Shown piece after piece: positions 1-11,651 of a stretch of DNA of 36,996 bases. Positions within the stretch are counted from its first letter, which is position 1, and the number at the start of each line of letters is the position of its first letter. The translations under genes were made by a program, and so were the position numbers. Below the pieces are notes generated by a model. That model did no database searches. It saw nothing but the letters and a program-made list of their open reading frames with translations, and had not been told where the DNA came from. Origin of the DNA: Octopus sinensis (lineage: Eukaryota); assembly GCF_006345805.1 (NCBI RefSeq), contig NW_021836871.1:1-36996 (forward strand), in the 5' to 3' direction.

Positions 1-64
1 CCCGGTTGAACCGCCCGACCATGCTAGCATGGAGAACGGACGTTAAACGATGATGATGATGATG

Positions 65-66
<2 letters not shown>
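1..66 (+). mobile_element. 3' terminus of RTE-clade LINE family B with (GAT)n tail, cut by the window edge
   Basis: Ends ...gctagcatggagaacggacgttaaacgatgatgatg. The gttaaacgatgatgatg end matches the RT-bearing copy at 30336-31970, and the sequence is the reverse complement of the starts at 1105 and 7698. Confidence 0.75.
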
Positions 67-115
<49 letters not shown>

Positions 116-546
116 TATATACATATATATATACATATATATACACATATATATACATATATATGTACATATACATATATATACATAATACTACACCTAT
201 ACATATATATATACATATACATACATATACATATATATACATATACATACATATACATATACATACATACATATATATATACATACATATATATATACAT
301 ACATACATATATACATACATACATATATACATACATACATATATATATACATACATATATATATACATACATACATATATATATATATATACATACATAT
401 ATATATACATACATACATATATATATACATACATACATATATATATACATACATATATATATATACATACATATATATATATACATACATACATATATAT
501 CTACATAAAGATTATATCTACATATATATATTACTACATATATATA

Positions 547-605
<59 letters not shown>

Positions 606-608
606 ACT
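67..608. repeat. Compound (TA)n/(TACA)n microsatellite
   Basis: Direct reading; it explains the overlapping YI/MYV pseudo-ORFs. Confidence 0.97.
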
Positions 609-609
609 C

Positions 610-1011
610 ACTCTCTCTCTCTCTTTTACTTGTTTCAGTCATTTGACTGTGGCCATGCTGGAGCACCGGCATTAGTCGAGCAAATCGACCCCAGGAGTTA
701 TTCTTTGTAAGCCTAGTACTTATTCTATCGGTCTCTTTCACCGAACCTTTATGTGACAGGGACTTAAACACGCCAGCATCGGTTGTCAAGCAATGCTAGG
801 GAGACAAACACAGACACACAAACATACACATATATATATATATACATATACGACAGGCTTCTTCAGTTTTCTGTCTACCAAATCCAATCACAAGGCATTG
901 GTCGGCCCGAGGCTATAGTAGAAGACACTTGCCCAAGTGCCACGCATTGTGACTGAAACCCGAAACCATGTAGTTGGTTAGCGCTACTTACCACACAGCC
1001 ACTCCTGCGCC
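610..1011 (-). mobile_element. tRNA-derived SINE, family A (CORE-like central part, internal CA/TA microsatellite)
   Basis: Minus-strand head ggcgcaggagtggctgtgtggtaag with A-box-like TGGCTGTGTGG and a degenerate B box, then cttgggcaagtgtcttc, and tail ...gactgaaacaagtaaaagag. Near-identical copies at 13821-14233 and 33228-33634. Confidence 0.9.
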
Positions 1012-1104
1012 ATATATATACATATATATATGTAACAATACATATACATATATATATATATACATATATATACATATACATACATATACATGTATATACA
1101 TACA

Positions 1105-1375
1105 TCATCATCATCATCATCATCATCGTTTAACGTCCGCTTTCCGCGCTAGCACGGGTTGGACGGTTTGACCGGGTCTGGGAAGCCAGGGGCCGCTCCA
1201 GGCTCCAGTCTGAATCTGGCAGAGTTTCTACGGCTGGATGCCCTTCCTAACGCCAACCACTCCGTGAGTGGATTGGGTGCTTTTTACGTGCCACCTGCAC
1301 AGGGGCCGGAGGGTCCGGCATCGTCACGATCGGATTCGAGCATTTTAACGTGTCAGCGGCACGGGGGCAACGAGG
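1105..1375 (-). mobile_element. Stand-alone 3' UTR fragment of RTE family B
   Basis: (CAT)n-cgtttaacgtccg followed by ggatgcccttcctaacgccaacc. The same motif is contiguous with RTE coding sequence at 17510-19075. Confidence 0.8.
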
Positions 1376-1378
1376 TCC

Positions 1379-1495
1379 GGGGTACTTTGGGGATTGGGGT
1401 ATTTTGGGATCCGGGGTACTTTGGGGATCCGGGGTACTTAGAATGGGTAGGGGGGTACTTAGAATGGGTAGGGGGGTACTTAGAATGGGTAGGTG
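1379..1495. repeat. Short G-rich tandem repeats (ggggtactttggggat-like; about 3 copies of gggtacttagaatgggtagg)
   Basis: Direct reading. Confidence 0.85.
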
Positions 1496-1706
1496 ACGAG
1501 GCGGGAGGTACTAAAAGGGGATGGTCGGATTGAGGCAGTGTCAGGAGGAAGCGTAAGATCGGTGGGCAGTTGATGAGCTATGGCGCTAGCAGCTTGTCTT
1601 AAGCATATGAGGAGAAGTGGTAGTGGGAGGAGGAGGAGGGAGTAGGGCGTACCCAGTGTAGATGAGTAAGGTGTATCCGGTGTAGATAGAGAGAACGGGG
1701 TATACT

Positions 1707-1865
1707 GGTATTGGTGGTGGGGGGGGGTGAGAACAGTGTTCAACGGTATTGGTGGTGGGGGTGAGAACAGTGTTCAACGGTATTGGTGGTGGGGGTGAGA
1801 ACAGTGTTCAACGGTATTGGTGGTGGGGGTGAGAACAGTGTTCAACGGTATTGGTGGTGGGGGTG
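1707..1865. repeat. 34-bp G-rich minisatellite, 4 copies plus a partial copy
   Basis: Unit ggtattggtggtgggggtgagaacagtgttcaac starts at 1707, 1745, 1779, 1813 and 1847. Confidence 0.95.
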
Positions 1866-1877
1866 GGGGGCGGGCGC

Positions 1878-4536
1878 ACCGCCAATGACTGAAAGATGGG
1901 AAAAAGATGGGATTACGGCTTGAGGCAGCCTGCGGTTAAATATTGTAGAGAGAGAGATAGGAAGATAAATCAAGTTATGGCGAAGGCTTGAAAGTATCTT
2001 AAAAAAGGTTAAATTTTCGTAACAGTGTATGAATAAACGTATTAACAACGAATAAAAAATATAGTAAGATAAATTTTTTTTAAGAACTTGCTGCGGTCAT
2101 CGAGCGGGAGTTGAAATTGAAGAAGAAAGTAGTTGAACTGGGAATTTAAATTGCAGAATCGTAATAGTAATAGTAATGGCGGTTTTCAAGTTTTAGCATA
2201 TGAGAAGAAGAGGAGGAAAAAGAAGACCGCCAATGACTGAAAGATGGGAAAAAGATGGGATTACGGCTTGAGGCAGCCTGCGGTTAAATATTGTAGAGAG
2301 AGATAGGAAGATAAATCAAGTTATGGCGAAGGCTTGAAAGTATCTTAAAAAGGTTAAATTTTCGTAACAGTGTATGAATAAACGTATAACAACGAATAAA
2401 AAATATAGTAAGATAATTTTTTAAGAACTTGCTGCGGTCATCGAGCGGGAGTTGAAATTGAAGAAGAAAGTAGTTGAACTGGGAATTTAAATTGCAGAAT
2501 CGTAATAGTAATAGTAATGGCGGTTTTCAAGTTTTAGCATATGAAGAAGAAGAGGAGGAAAAAGAAGACCGCCAATGACTGAAAGATGGGAAAAAGATGG
2601 GATTACGGCTTGAGGCAGCCTGCGGTTAAATATTGTAGAGAGAGAGATAGAAGATAAATCAAGTTATGGCGAAGGCTTGAAAGTATCTTAAAAAAGGTTA
2701 AATTTTCGTAACAGTGTATGAATAAAGTATTATTAACAACGAAAAAAATATAGTAAGATAAATTTTTTTTAAGAACTTGCTGCGGTCATCGAGCGGGAGT
2801 TGAAATTGAAGAAGAAAGTAGTTGAACTGGGATTTAAATTGCAGAATCGTAATAGTAATAGTAATGGCGGTTTTCAAGTTTTAGCATATGAAGAAGAAGA
2901 GGAGGAAAAAGAAGACCGCCATGACTGAAAGATGGGAAAAAGATGGGATTACGGCTTGAGGCAGCCTGCGGTTAAATATTGTAGAGAGAGAGATAGGAAG
3001 ATAAATCAAGTTATGGCGAAGGCTTGAAAGTATCTTAAAAAAGGTTAAATTTTCGTAACAGTGTATGAATAAACGTATTAACAACGAATAAAAAATATAG
3101 TAAGATAAATTTTTTTTAAGAACTTGCTGCGGTCATCGAGCGGGAGTTGAAATTGAAGAAGAAAGTAGTTGAACTGGGAATTTAAATTGCAGAATCGTAA
3201 TAGTAATAGTAATGGCGGTTTTCAAGTTTTAGCATATGAAGAAGAAGAGGAGGAAAAAGAAGACCGCCAATGACTGAAAGATGGGAAAAAGATGGGATTA
3301 CGGCTTGAGGCAGCCTGCGGTTAAATATTGTAGAGAGAGAGATAGGAAGATAAATCAAGTTATGGCGAAGGCTTGAAAGTATCTTAAAAAAGGTTAAATT
3401 TTCGTAACAGTGTATGAATAAACGTATTAACAACGAATAAAAAATATAGTAAGATAAATTTTTTTTAAGAACTTGCTGCGGTCATCGAGCGGGAGTTGAA
3501 ATTGAAGAAGAAAGTAGTTGAACTGGGAATTTAAATTGCAGAATCGTAATAGTAATAGTAATGGCGGTTTTCAAGTTTTAGCATATGAAGAAGAAGAGGA
3601 GGAAAAAGAAGACCGCCAATGACTGAAAGATGGGAAAAAGATGGGATTACGGCTTGAGGCAGCCTGCGGTTAAATATTGTAGAGAGAGAGATAGGAAGAT
3701 AAATCAAGTTATGGCGAAGGCTTGAAAGTATCTTAAAAAAGGTTAAATTTTCGTAACAGTGTATGAATAAACGTATTAACAACGAATAAAAAATATAGTA
3801 AGATAAATTTTTTTTAAGAACTTGCTGCGGTCATCGAGCGGGAGTTGAAATTGAAGAAGAAAGTAGTTGAACTGGGATTTAATTGCAGAATCGTAATAGT
3901 AATAGTAATGGCGGTTTTCAAGTTTTAGCATATGAAGAAGAAGAGGAGAAAAAGAAGACCGCCAATGACTGAAAGATGGGAAAAAGATGGGTTACGGCTT
4001 GAGGCAGCCTGCGGTTAATATTGTAGAGAGAGAGATAGGAAGATAAATCAAGTTATGGCGAAGGCTTGAAAGTATCTTAAAAAGGTTAAATTTTCGTAAC
4101 AGTGTATGATAAACGTATTAACAACGAATAAAAAATATAGTAAGATAAATTTTTTTTAAGAACTTGCTGCGGTCATCGAGCGGGAGTTGAAATTAAGAAG
4201 AAAGTAGTTGAACTGGGAATTTAAATTGCAGAATCGTAATAGTAATAGTAATGGCGGTTTTCAAGTTTAGCATATGAAGAAGAAGAGGAGGAAAAAGAAG
4301 ACCGCCAATGACTGAAAGATGGGAAAAAGATGGGAATTACGGCTTGAGGCGCCTGCGGTTAATATTGTAGAGAGAGAGATAGGAAGATAAATCAAGTTAT
4401 GGCGAAGGCTTGAAAGTTCTTAAAAAAAGGTTAAATTTTCGTAACAGTGTATGAATAAACGTATTAACAACGAATAAAAAATATAGTAAGATAAATTTTT
4501 TTTTTAAGAACTTGCTGCGGTCATCGAGCGGGAGTT
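1878..4536. repeat. Tandem satellite, ~349-bp unit, 7 full copies plus ~0.7 copy
   Basis: Units start (accgcc...) at 1878, 2226, 2568, 2915, 3263, 3612, 3958 and 4301. Copies differ mostly by single-base indels. Confidence 0.97.
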
Positions 4537-4649
4537 TGAAAATACATATACATATATATATACATATATATACATATATATATATATATATATTTACATA
4601 TACATATATATATATATATACATATATACATATATACACATATATATTC

Positions 4650-4821
4650 TCTGGAGTTTTAGGGAATCGTAGTGGAGAAGATAATGATATTGCTGTGGGC
4701 TCGCCCTAGGCAAAAAGTAAGGCATGTGTAAAATTTGAATGAATTGATTGAATAGTTCTCAAGTTTTAGGGAAACACACAGACAGACAGACACACATTCT
4801 CAGTTTTATATATATAAAGAT
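4650..4821 (-). mobile_element. Helitron-like 5' terminal fragment (inverted relative of 7309-7510)
   Basis: Minus strand reads tctttatatatataaaactgagaatgtgtgtctgtctg...ccctaaaacttgagaact...gcctagggcgagc, aligning by eye to 7309-7510 with an internal deletion. Confidence 0.65.
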
Positions 4822-4842
4822 ATATATATTATACATATATAT

Positions 4843-4887
<45 letters not shown>

Positions 4888-5680
4888 ATCTTATTATAAA
4901 AGGCAGATTTTATCTGCCTCCCTTTGTCTCTTATAGAAATCTACAATATAGGATTTCTTCAATTACAATTTACCTAGCATTTTTAAGAGTAGAATGCATC
5001 GGGTTTTGCCAGGTCCGGTTTTTAAAAATTTCAACCCCAATTAGCAAAATTTAGAGAAACTCACATTGTGGTGTATATGTCAAATGCTTTTCTTAGTTTG
5101 GTTACAGCACACACAAACGCACACACACAGTGTGCAACGAATAAAGTGAAAGTAATTCACTGTGTGTTGACAGGTAGACAATAGAATGCGATGGCGATGG
5201 CGATGTAATATTTGTTTCTGTCTATGACGCTGATAGATACATGAGTAAAATGTATGGGAAGCTAAGAGATAAGAGTGAGTGAAAATGTTCTTGGAAGAGA
5301 GTAAGTAGCAAGAGAGTGATTTGAGGAAGACTTTACATTAAATAACCGTAGTGGTCTGTCAAATGAAGAGGAGTGACAGGGTACTGGAGGAAATAGGGTG
5401 AGTGAGGAAGATGGCCCCTAGCAACCACACCTTTTAAGATAGGGATTTCTAAGGTAGCCCACGAGCATCGTCACCTCATTCTACATGTCCCTGTAAATTT
5501 TGGAGCGAATCGACGGGATAAAGTTATCTCTAAGAAACAGAAAGATCGCCCAAAAGTGTATATAGATATTTAAATGTATTTATATATTCATCTATACACA
5601 CATGTATGTATAATGTGCGTGTATATATTTCCATAGAGGTAACCATTCAATCCATACAAAGTTTTTTTAGGACGAAAATA

Positions 5681-6524
5681 TTTATATATAAAAGAAAGGT
5701 TGTGTGTCTGTCTACTCCGATTTAGATTCCTAACTACTCCCACATTTTGCGATGCAGTTTAACCAAAACCGGGTATCTTATAGTCGTGATTCATATCGAG
5801 CCCTTCTGGGTATTAGCGTGCATCTATGATGAGTCTATGATTTTACAAATAATTTACCATCATTCTTTTCCACTTTAATGCATATTTTTTTAAATAAACG
5901 GAAGTAACTCTCAAACTTCACACCAATATGCGTGCTCATATGCGACGTAATATCACATCAGCAGCATTTCCTCACACCCTCCTTGCACTTGGCGAAGGCA
6001 AAATACCAAGGGATGAAAATGGTAATATTGCCATTGATTCCATTTGTAACATTGTTAAGACGCCTTCTGATCTCAGAGATGCAGTGTTCCCAGATCTACA
6101 AGCTAATTATCAGAATATGGATTGGATTGGCAAAAAGGCTATACTGGCCCCGAGGAATAAAACTGTTCACCATATTAATGTGAAATACTAAAACTCATTC
6201 CTGGGGAAGTCTATGTATATCAGTCTATCGATACAACTCCTGACCCAGAGGACGTCATCAACTATCCAATAGAGGTACTCAATTCCTTTGAGCACCCCGG
6301 ACTACCACCACACTTTCTCAAACTTAAAGTTGGTGCCCCTATAATGCTCATCAGAAATTTGGTTCCCCCAAAACAATGCAATGGCACACGTTTGATCGTT
6401 AAGTCCTTATCTCCCACCGTAAACTTATATCAATATTTGCCTGAATAATCATCATAATTCAGTGCAATCATTAACAGTACTTTCAAGCAATTCAGCCCCG
6501 AGCAACGCCGGGCAATTCTGCTAG
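5681..6524 (+). mobile_element. Non-autonomous Helitron carrying a helicase remnant
   Basis: 5' tatatataaaag start (approximate). The 3' end has a GC-rich hairpin cccgagcaacgccggg (6497-6512), then CTAG at 6521-6524 followed by T, the canonical Helitron terminus. Confidence 0.85.
5928..6420 (+). pseudogene. Helitron Pif1-like SF1 helicase fragment, frameshifted near 6185
   Basis: Translates LLALGEG...KAILAPRNKTVHHIN, then in another frame LNSFEHPGLPPHFLKLKVGAPIMLIRNLVPPKQCNGTRLIV; these are typical Helitron/Pif1 helicase motifs. Confidence 0.92.
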
Positions 6525-6611
6525 TATATATATATATATACTTATATATACATACACATATATACATATATATACATACACATATATACGATGATGATGA
6601 TGATGATGATG

Positions 6612-6650
<39 letters not shown>

Positions 6651-7120
6651 AGTATTAAGGGTTTAGCAACGATTTGCCTCACCACACACCGAATTTAGAA
6701 AAGCAGTCAAAGAGTATGGCTATTCTTTCTACTTAAAAGGGAGATCCCAGTAAAACCACAGCACTTAAAAGGCAAAAACGCAGGCAAAAGAGAAAGAAAT
6801 GACGACAATCATTCTATATTAAGTCACCTACGGACGTACGTTTCGAAATTAAGTCATAGGAAAGCATAAAAATTAAATAATTATGTCTAACCCAACTATT
6901 TTTCTCTTCAGCGTAGGACTCTTCAATTATAAATAATTGCGTCTCAATCAATAATAATTGTGTATTAAATTTGGAGGCACTAGAAGACATCACCTCAACT
7001 CATGTGAGCGTGGTTTTACTGGGATCTCCCTTTTAAGTAGAAAGAATAGCCATAACTCTTTGACTGCTATTTCTAAATTCGGTGTGTGGTGAGGCAAATC
7101 ATTGCTAAACCCTTATTACT
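6651..7120. mobile_element. Foldback/MITE-like element with ~110-bp terminal inverted repeats
   Basis: Arm 6651-6759 versus the reverse complement of 7010-7120 shows 2 substitutions and 2 one-base indels. Spacer is 250 bp. TA lies on both flanks. Confidence 0.88.
6827..6917 (-). ncRNA. Type I hammerhead ribozyme, intact core
   Basis: CCUACG-CUGAAGA-GAAAAAUAGUU...GACUUAAUUUC-GAAA-CGUACG-UC-CGUAGG: perfect 6-bp stem I, G10.1-C11.1 pair, palindromic stem III, GUC cleavage triplet (cut between 6833 and 6832). Confidence 0.88.
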
Positions 7121-7308
7121 TAGTATTACTTAAACTTCCTTGAATGGGGCTTTTACATGCCGAAATCTACTTGGTGAAATTAATGATTATTCCAAATTAA
7201 TTAATTTCACCCTATATTATTATTGATAATTATATATATATATATATACATATATGCATATATAAATATATGCATATATATATACATATAAATATATACA
7301 CATATACA

Positions 7309-7600
7309 TCTATCTATATATATAAAATTGAGAATGCGTGTCTGTCTGTCTGCTTGTCTGTGTGAATCCCTAAAACTTGAGAACTACACAACCAATTCCA
7401 TTCAAATTTTACACATGCCTTACTTAGGGTCAATGTAGTGTCATGGGCAGAAAAAAATGTTTAACTTCTTGCCTAGGGCGAGCACACAGCAATATGACAT
7501 CTTCTCTACTATTTCAGTATTGCGTGTCAAAAGTGAAACAAAAGCATCTCTCTATTGTATGTATATGGATGTATTAATATATTATATGACGGAACGCACG
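7309..7600 (+). mobile_element. Helitron-like 5' terminal fragment
   Basis: Starts tctatctatatatataaaattgagaatgcgtgtctgtctgtc, the typical Helitron 5' TC-(TA)n-AAAA pattern. The 3' limit is approximate. Confidence 0.65.
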
Positions 7601-7697
7601 CATCCCTTTCTAAGTAAGATTGTTCTTGATATATATATATATATATATATATGTATACATGTAGGTATTTGGATGTATATATATATATATATATATA

Positions 7698-8080
7698 TCA
7701 TCATCATCATCATCATCGTTTAACGTCCGTTCTCCATGCTAGCATGGGTTGGACGGTTCGACTGGGGATCTGGGAAGCCAGAAGGCTGCACCAGGCTCCG
7801 GTCTTATCTGGCAACGTTTCTACAGCTGGATGCCCTTCCTAACGCCAACCACTCCGTGAGTGTAGTGGGTGCTTTTTACGTGCCACCTGCACTGGTGCCA
7901 GGTGAGGCTGGCATCGGCCACGGTCGGATTGGTGCATTTTATGGAAGCCAGTCGAGGCGGCACTGGCTTCGACTACGATTCGGATGGTGCTTTTTATGTG
8001 CCACCGATACGGAAGCCAGTCGAGGCGGCGCTGGCATCGGCCACAATTCGGATGGTGCATTTTATGGAAGCCAGTTGAGG
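7698..8080 (-). mobile_element. Stand-alone 3' UTR fragment of RTE family B with internal ~65-70-bp subrepeats
   Basis: Same start as 1105. Repeated tcggat(t/g)gtgc...gccagtcgaggcgg units are related to the 31740-31950 subrepeats. Confidence 0.8.
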
Positions 8081-8282
8081 CGATATATATTCATGTATAT
8101 GTATACATGTATAGATGTATTTCTATAAATATACGTGTATATGTATACATGTTCGTCTAGATGTATGTATATATATATAGATGTACAAGTAATATGTACA
8201 CATATAATTACACATATAGACATGCACACATATATACACCCATACACACATACACCCCTCCCCCCATACACACACATACATA

Positions 8283-8515
8283 GGTGCAGGTGTGGCTGTG
8301 TGATAACAAACTTGGTTCAAAAACACATGGTCCTCAGAAACTGAAAGAAATCAACTGTATGTATATGTATGTATATATGTAAGTCTATGTGTGTGCCATT
8401 GTGTTTCTCCCTCGTCACTGCTTCACAACTGGTGTTCGTTTATTTACATCCCCATAACTTACTGGTTTCACAAGAAGAAACTGATAGCATAAGTACCAGG
8501 CTTATCAAAATGTAA
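8283..8515 (+). mobile_element. Degenerate, internally deleted family A SINE
   Basis: Head ggtgcaggtgtggctgtgtg, then aaactgaaagaa, microsatellite and gatagcataagtaccaggctta, all collinear with family A. Confidence 0.6.
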
Positions 8516-8689
8516 AAAAGCACTACGCAGTGTCTCATATTTTTGTTTGCCCACTCAGTTGTATCTATCAATTTATCTTTGTGTGTGTGTGTGTGAGTGT
8601 GTATACATATATATATATATGGATTTCGTAGACAGGAACTGAAACAAATCAATCATATATATATGTATGTATATATGTAAGTGTATGTG

Positions 8690-10610
8690 TTTTGGTATTG
8701 GCAACATGAATGACAATGGTCAGAGACTACTTGAATTTTGCACATACCATAACCTGTGCATCACAAACATATTCTTTGCCAACAAAACATCCTACAAGGT
8801 ATCTTGGAGACATCCAAGATCTCACCACTGGCAGCAGCTGGATCTCATCATTACATGAAGATCCTTTCTGAATTCTGTTCAACTGACCTGTAGTTACCAC
8901 AGCGCTTATTGTGACACAGATCATTCACTAATAAGAAGCAGGGTGAGGATTCTGCCTATAAAAGTCCATCACTCCAAGAAAATGGGCCAACCATGCATTA
9001 ACTGCGAAAATGTTTTGCTGTTTCTATCAAGGTTGCCCTCAGTAGCTGCCCAACCTCTTCTGCTGAAAGTAGGTGGAATTATATCATGGAATTATATCAT
9101 AGATACTTTCGGCATAAGAGAAAGGCAAAACCCAGATTGGTTCAGCGCTGGGTTCTCAGAGCTGGAAACAGTTATCGAAGCAAAGCATGCAGCTCTAATG
9201 CAATACAAGAGTGATTCTTCTACAAAGTCACTCGAAGAACTCAGAAAGGCAAGAAATAAAACCCAACTGACTGCCAGACGCTGTGCAAATAGGTATTGGC
9301 AGGAAATCTGTCAGAGTATCCAGTCAGCTGCTGAAAGGGGCGAAACCCGTGGGATGTATGCCGGTTTGAAGAAGGCCCTCGGTCCATCTGCAACCAAGTC
9401 AGCCCCTCTGAAATCAACTACTGGAGATCTCATCAAGGACCAAAGCAAGCAAATGGATAGATGGGTGGAGTACTACCAGGATCTCTACTCACAGGAGATG
9501 ACGGTAGCTGAGGCTGCAATCGAGGGTGTCAAGATCTTGCCAGTCATGTGTGAACTTGACAGTCTGCCATCTATAGCAGAGCTTACCAAGGCTATTGACT
9601 CCCTAGCAAGTAACAAAGCTCCGGGAAAAGACGGCATCCCCTCAGAGATCATCAAAACTGGAAAAACACCATCCTGCTTCGGCACCTTCATCAGCTTCTG
9701 TGTCAGTGCTGGGAAGAGGGTACAGTCCCTCAGGATATGCGGGATGCTAACATCATTACGCTTTACAAAAACAAGGTGACCGTGGTGATTGTAACAATTA
9801 CCGTGAAATATCTCTTCTAAGCAATGTTGGAAAGACCTTTGCTCGCATTAGCCAGTCCAGGTTACAACTGCTTGCTTCTTGAATTTATCCAGAATTGCAG
9901 TGTGGCTTTAGAAGAAGCAGATCAACTATTGACATGATATTCTCCATACGCCAACTTCAGGAGAAGTCCAGAGAGCAGAAAATGCCATTTTATAAGGCCT
10001 TCATTGATCGGACAAAGACCTTTGACTTGGTAAGTAGAAAAGGCCTCTTCATCCTGCTCCAAAGAATTGGATGTCCACCAAAGCTGCTGAGATCATCAAA
10101 TCTTTCCATGATGACATGCAAGGCACCATACAGCACAATGGTTCAACATCAGCTGCCTTCCAAATAAAAAACGGGGTAAAGCAAGGTTGTGTCCTTGCTC
10201 CTACATTATTTGGCATCTTCTTCTCACTGCTACTGTCACATGCCTCTGAGACACCAGATGATGGAGTGTTTCTGCACAGTAGAAGTGACGGGAAACTGTT
10301 CAATCTCTCGCATCTGTGTGCCAAGACCAAAATCAGAAGTGTCCTGATCAAGGAGATGCTATTTGCTGATGATGCCGCTCTGGTATCACACACAGAAGAA
10401 GCCCTACAAGGGATCATCAACTGTTTTGAGCACGTATGTAGCGACATTGGCTTAGTTATCAGCCTCAAGAAGGCCAACAACATGGGTCAGGCTACATCGG
10501 ACATCCCAAACATACATATTGGAGACCACAGACTACATGAGGTGGAGAAGTTTACCTATCTGGGCTCTACCGTCACCTACAACCTATCTCTTGTGCTGAG
10601 CTCAATATAC
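8690..10610 (+). mobile_element. RTE-clade LINE family A (BovB/RTE-like), 5' and 3' truncated, frameshifted
   Basis: APE endonuclease C-terminal part GNMNDNGQRLLEFC...SWRHPRSHHWQQLDLIIT. RT motifs QCGFRRSRSTIDMIF, KQGCVLAPTLFGIFF and LFADD. Confidence 0.93.
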
Positions 10611-11651
10611 GCTTCCAATTCCTATGTTTTTAATACAGGAGATTAGGATTTCCCCCAAAGAACAAGTTCTCAATATTTTGATTTTATCCCTCTCTATCCC
10701 AATTTCTTCATTTTTTTTTTCGAATTTTTTTTCTTGCTAATATTCAGAGAAAAATAAAACAGAGTACAAATCTTTAAGAATTTTCTTGTTTCTTTTTTCT
10801 TAAGGAAACATTAAAATCTCCTTCCCAAACATTTACCCATCATCTCATCACTTTCAAGAAGCTTCAAACACCCAAATATCTTACTTTTAGCCTTTAGGAA
10901 AGCAGAGAAGTTTCTTCAGAAATGTCATTTACCTGTGGTTTCTAGCATGTCAGATTTTCTGGTGGTGCTTTAATATTTTTTACATCTGTTATTCCAGTAC
11001 AATTCTATGCATACATGAAACATCAGATGAAAGTGAGACATTGGGTGATTTTAGCTTTTTGAAAGAGGGTAGATGATGGGTGGGTGAGGTGGGACATTGA
11101 GTGTTTCTTGAAGAAAAATTAAACTTAAAAAAAAATATATATTTCCCAGAAGTTACTTTAAATGTTTATTCATGTGATTTAGGTGGTGAACTTAACCACC
11201 ATGTAGTGTAACTAGTGCAAGCCAGTTTAGAGTGAATACCTTTGAAAATGACCTATGTAAGAGGTTTTGAATTACCATTCTATGCAAAGCAGATGCCAAT
11301 GAAATAGTACTTCTAGTGGTTATTTATATAACAAAAAAATAGATTACACCATTCATTAAATTTATGTGCATTGGTCATAGATACAATAAAGTTGACTAGG
11401 CCGTTTAGGTATGCTGCGTGTGTTGGCCGTTGATATAACAAAGTGAACGAGGCCATTCATTTATTCTAAATGGTTGAACACGAATACAACAAAAACAACA
11501 GGGCAAAAACTGTACCAAATTACCTGTCAAAAGGCAGGCTATGTATATCCTACATAAAATGTAGAATATAGATAGCCAACTCTTGAAGTGGCAATCTGAT
11601 CCAAATTTGCTGGCTTTGCACACACGGACATTTCTGTCAGGTAATACTTAC

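Noticed and set aside
24-606. Long YI/MYV/HT-rich ORFs here and at 12100-14800, 25480-25720, 27560-28130 and 29860-30330
   Set aside because: They are translations of TA/CA microsatellites, which lack stop codons.
610-1011. SINE heads as tRNA genes
   Set aside because: A and B boxes are present, but there is no complete cloverleaf and they continue into SINE body and tail.
1725-1745. agaacagtgttc as a steroid-receptor response element
   Set aside because: The half-site spacer is 1 nt rather than 3, and it lies within a minisatellite.
1707-1865. 34-bp repeats as a CRISPR array
   Set aside because: Units are directly adjacent with no unique spacers, there are no cas genes, and the context is eukaryotic.
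1842-3782. Repeated 67-83-aa [16 protein letters not shown]... as a tandem gene family
   Set aside because: It begins at a non-ATG codon, is broken by indels in several units and has no recognisable domain; it is a by-product of the satellite.
11524-11549. Short exon giving a C-terminus EKCGYT-stop after exon G
   Set aside because: Possible, but supported only by an acceptor-like motif; the true next exon cannot be determined.
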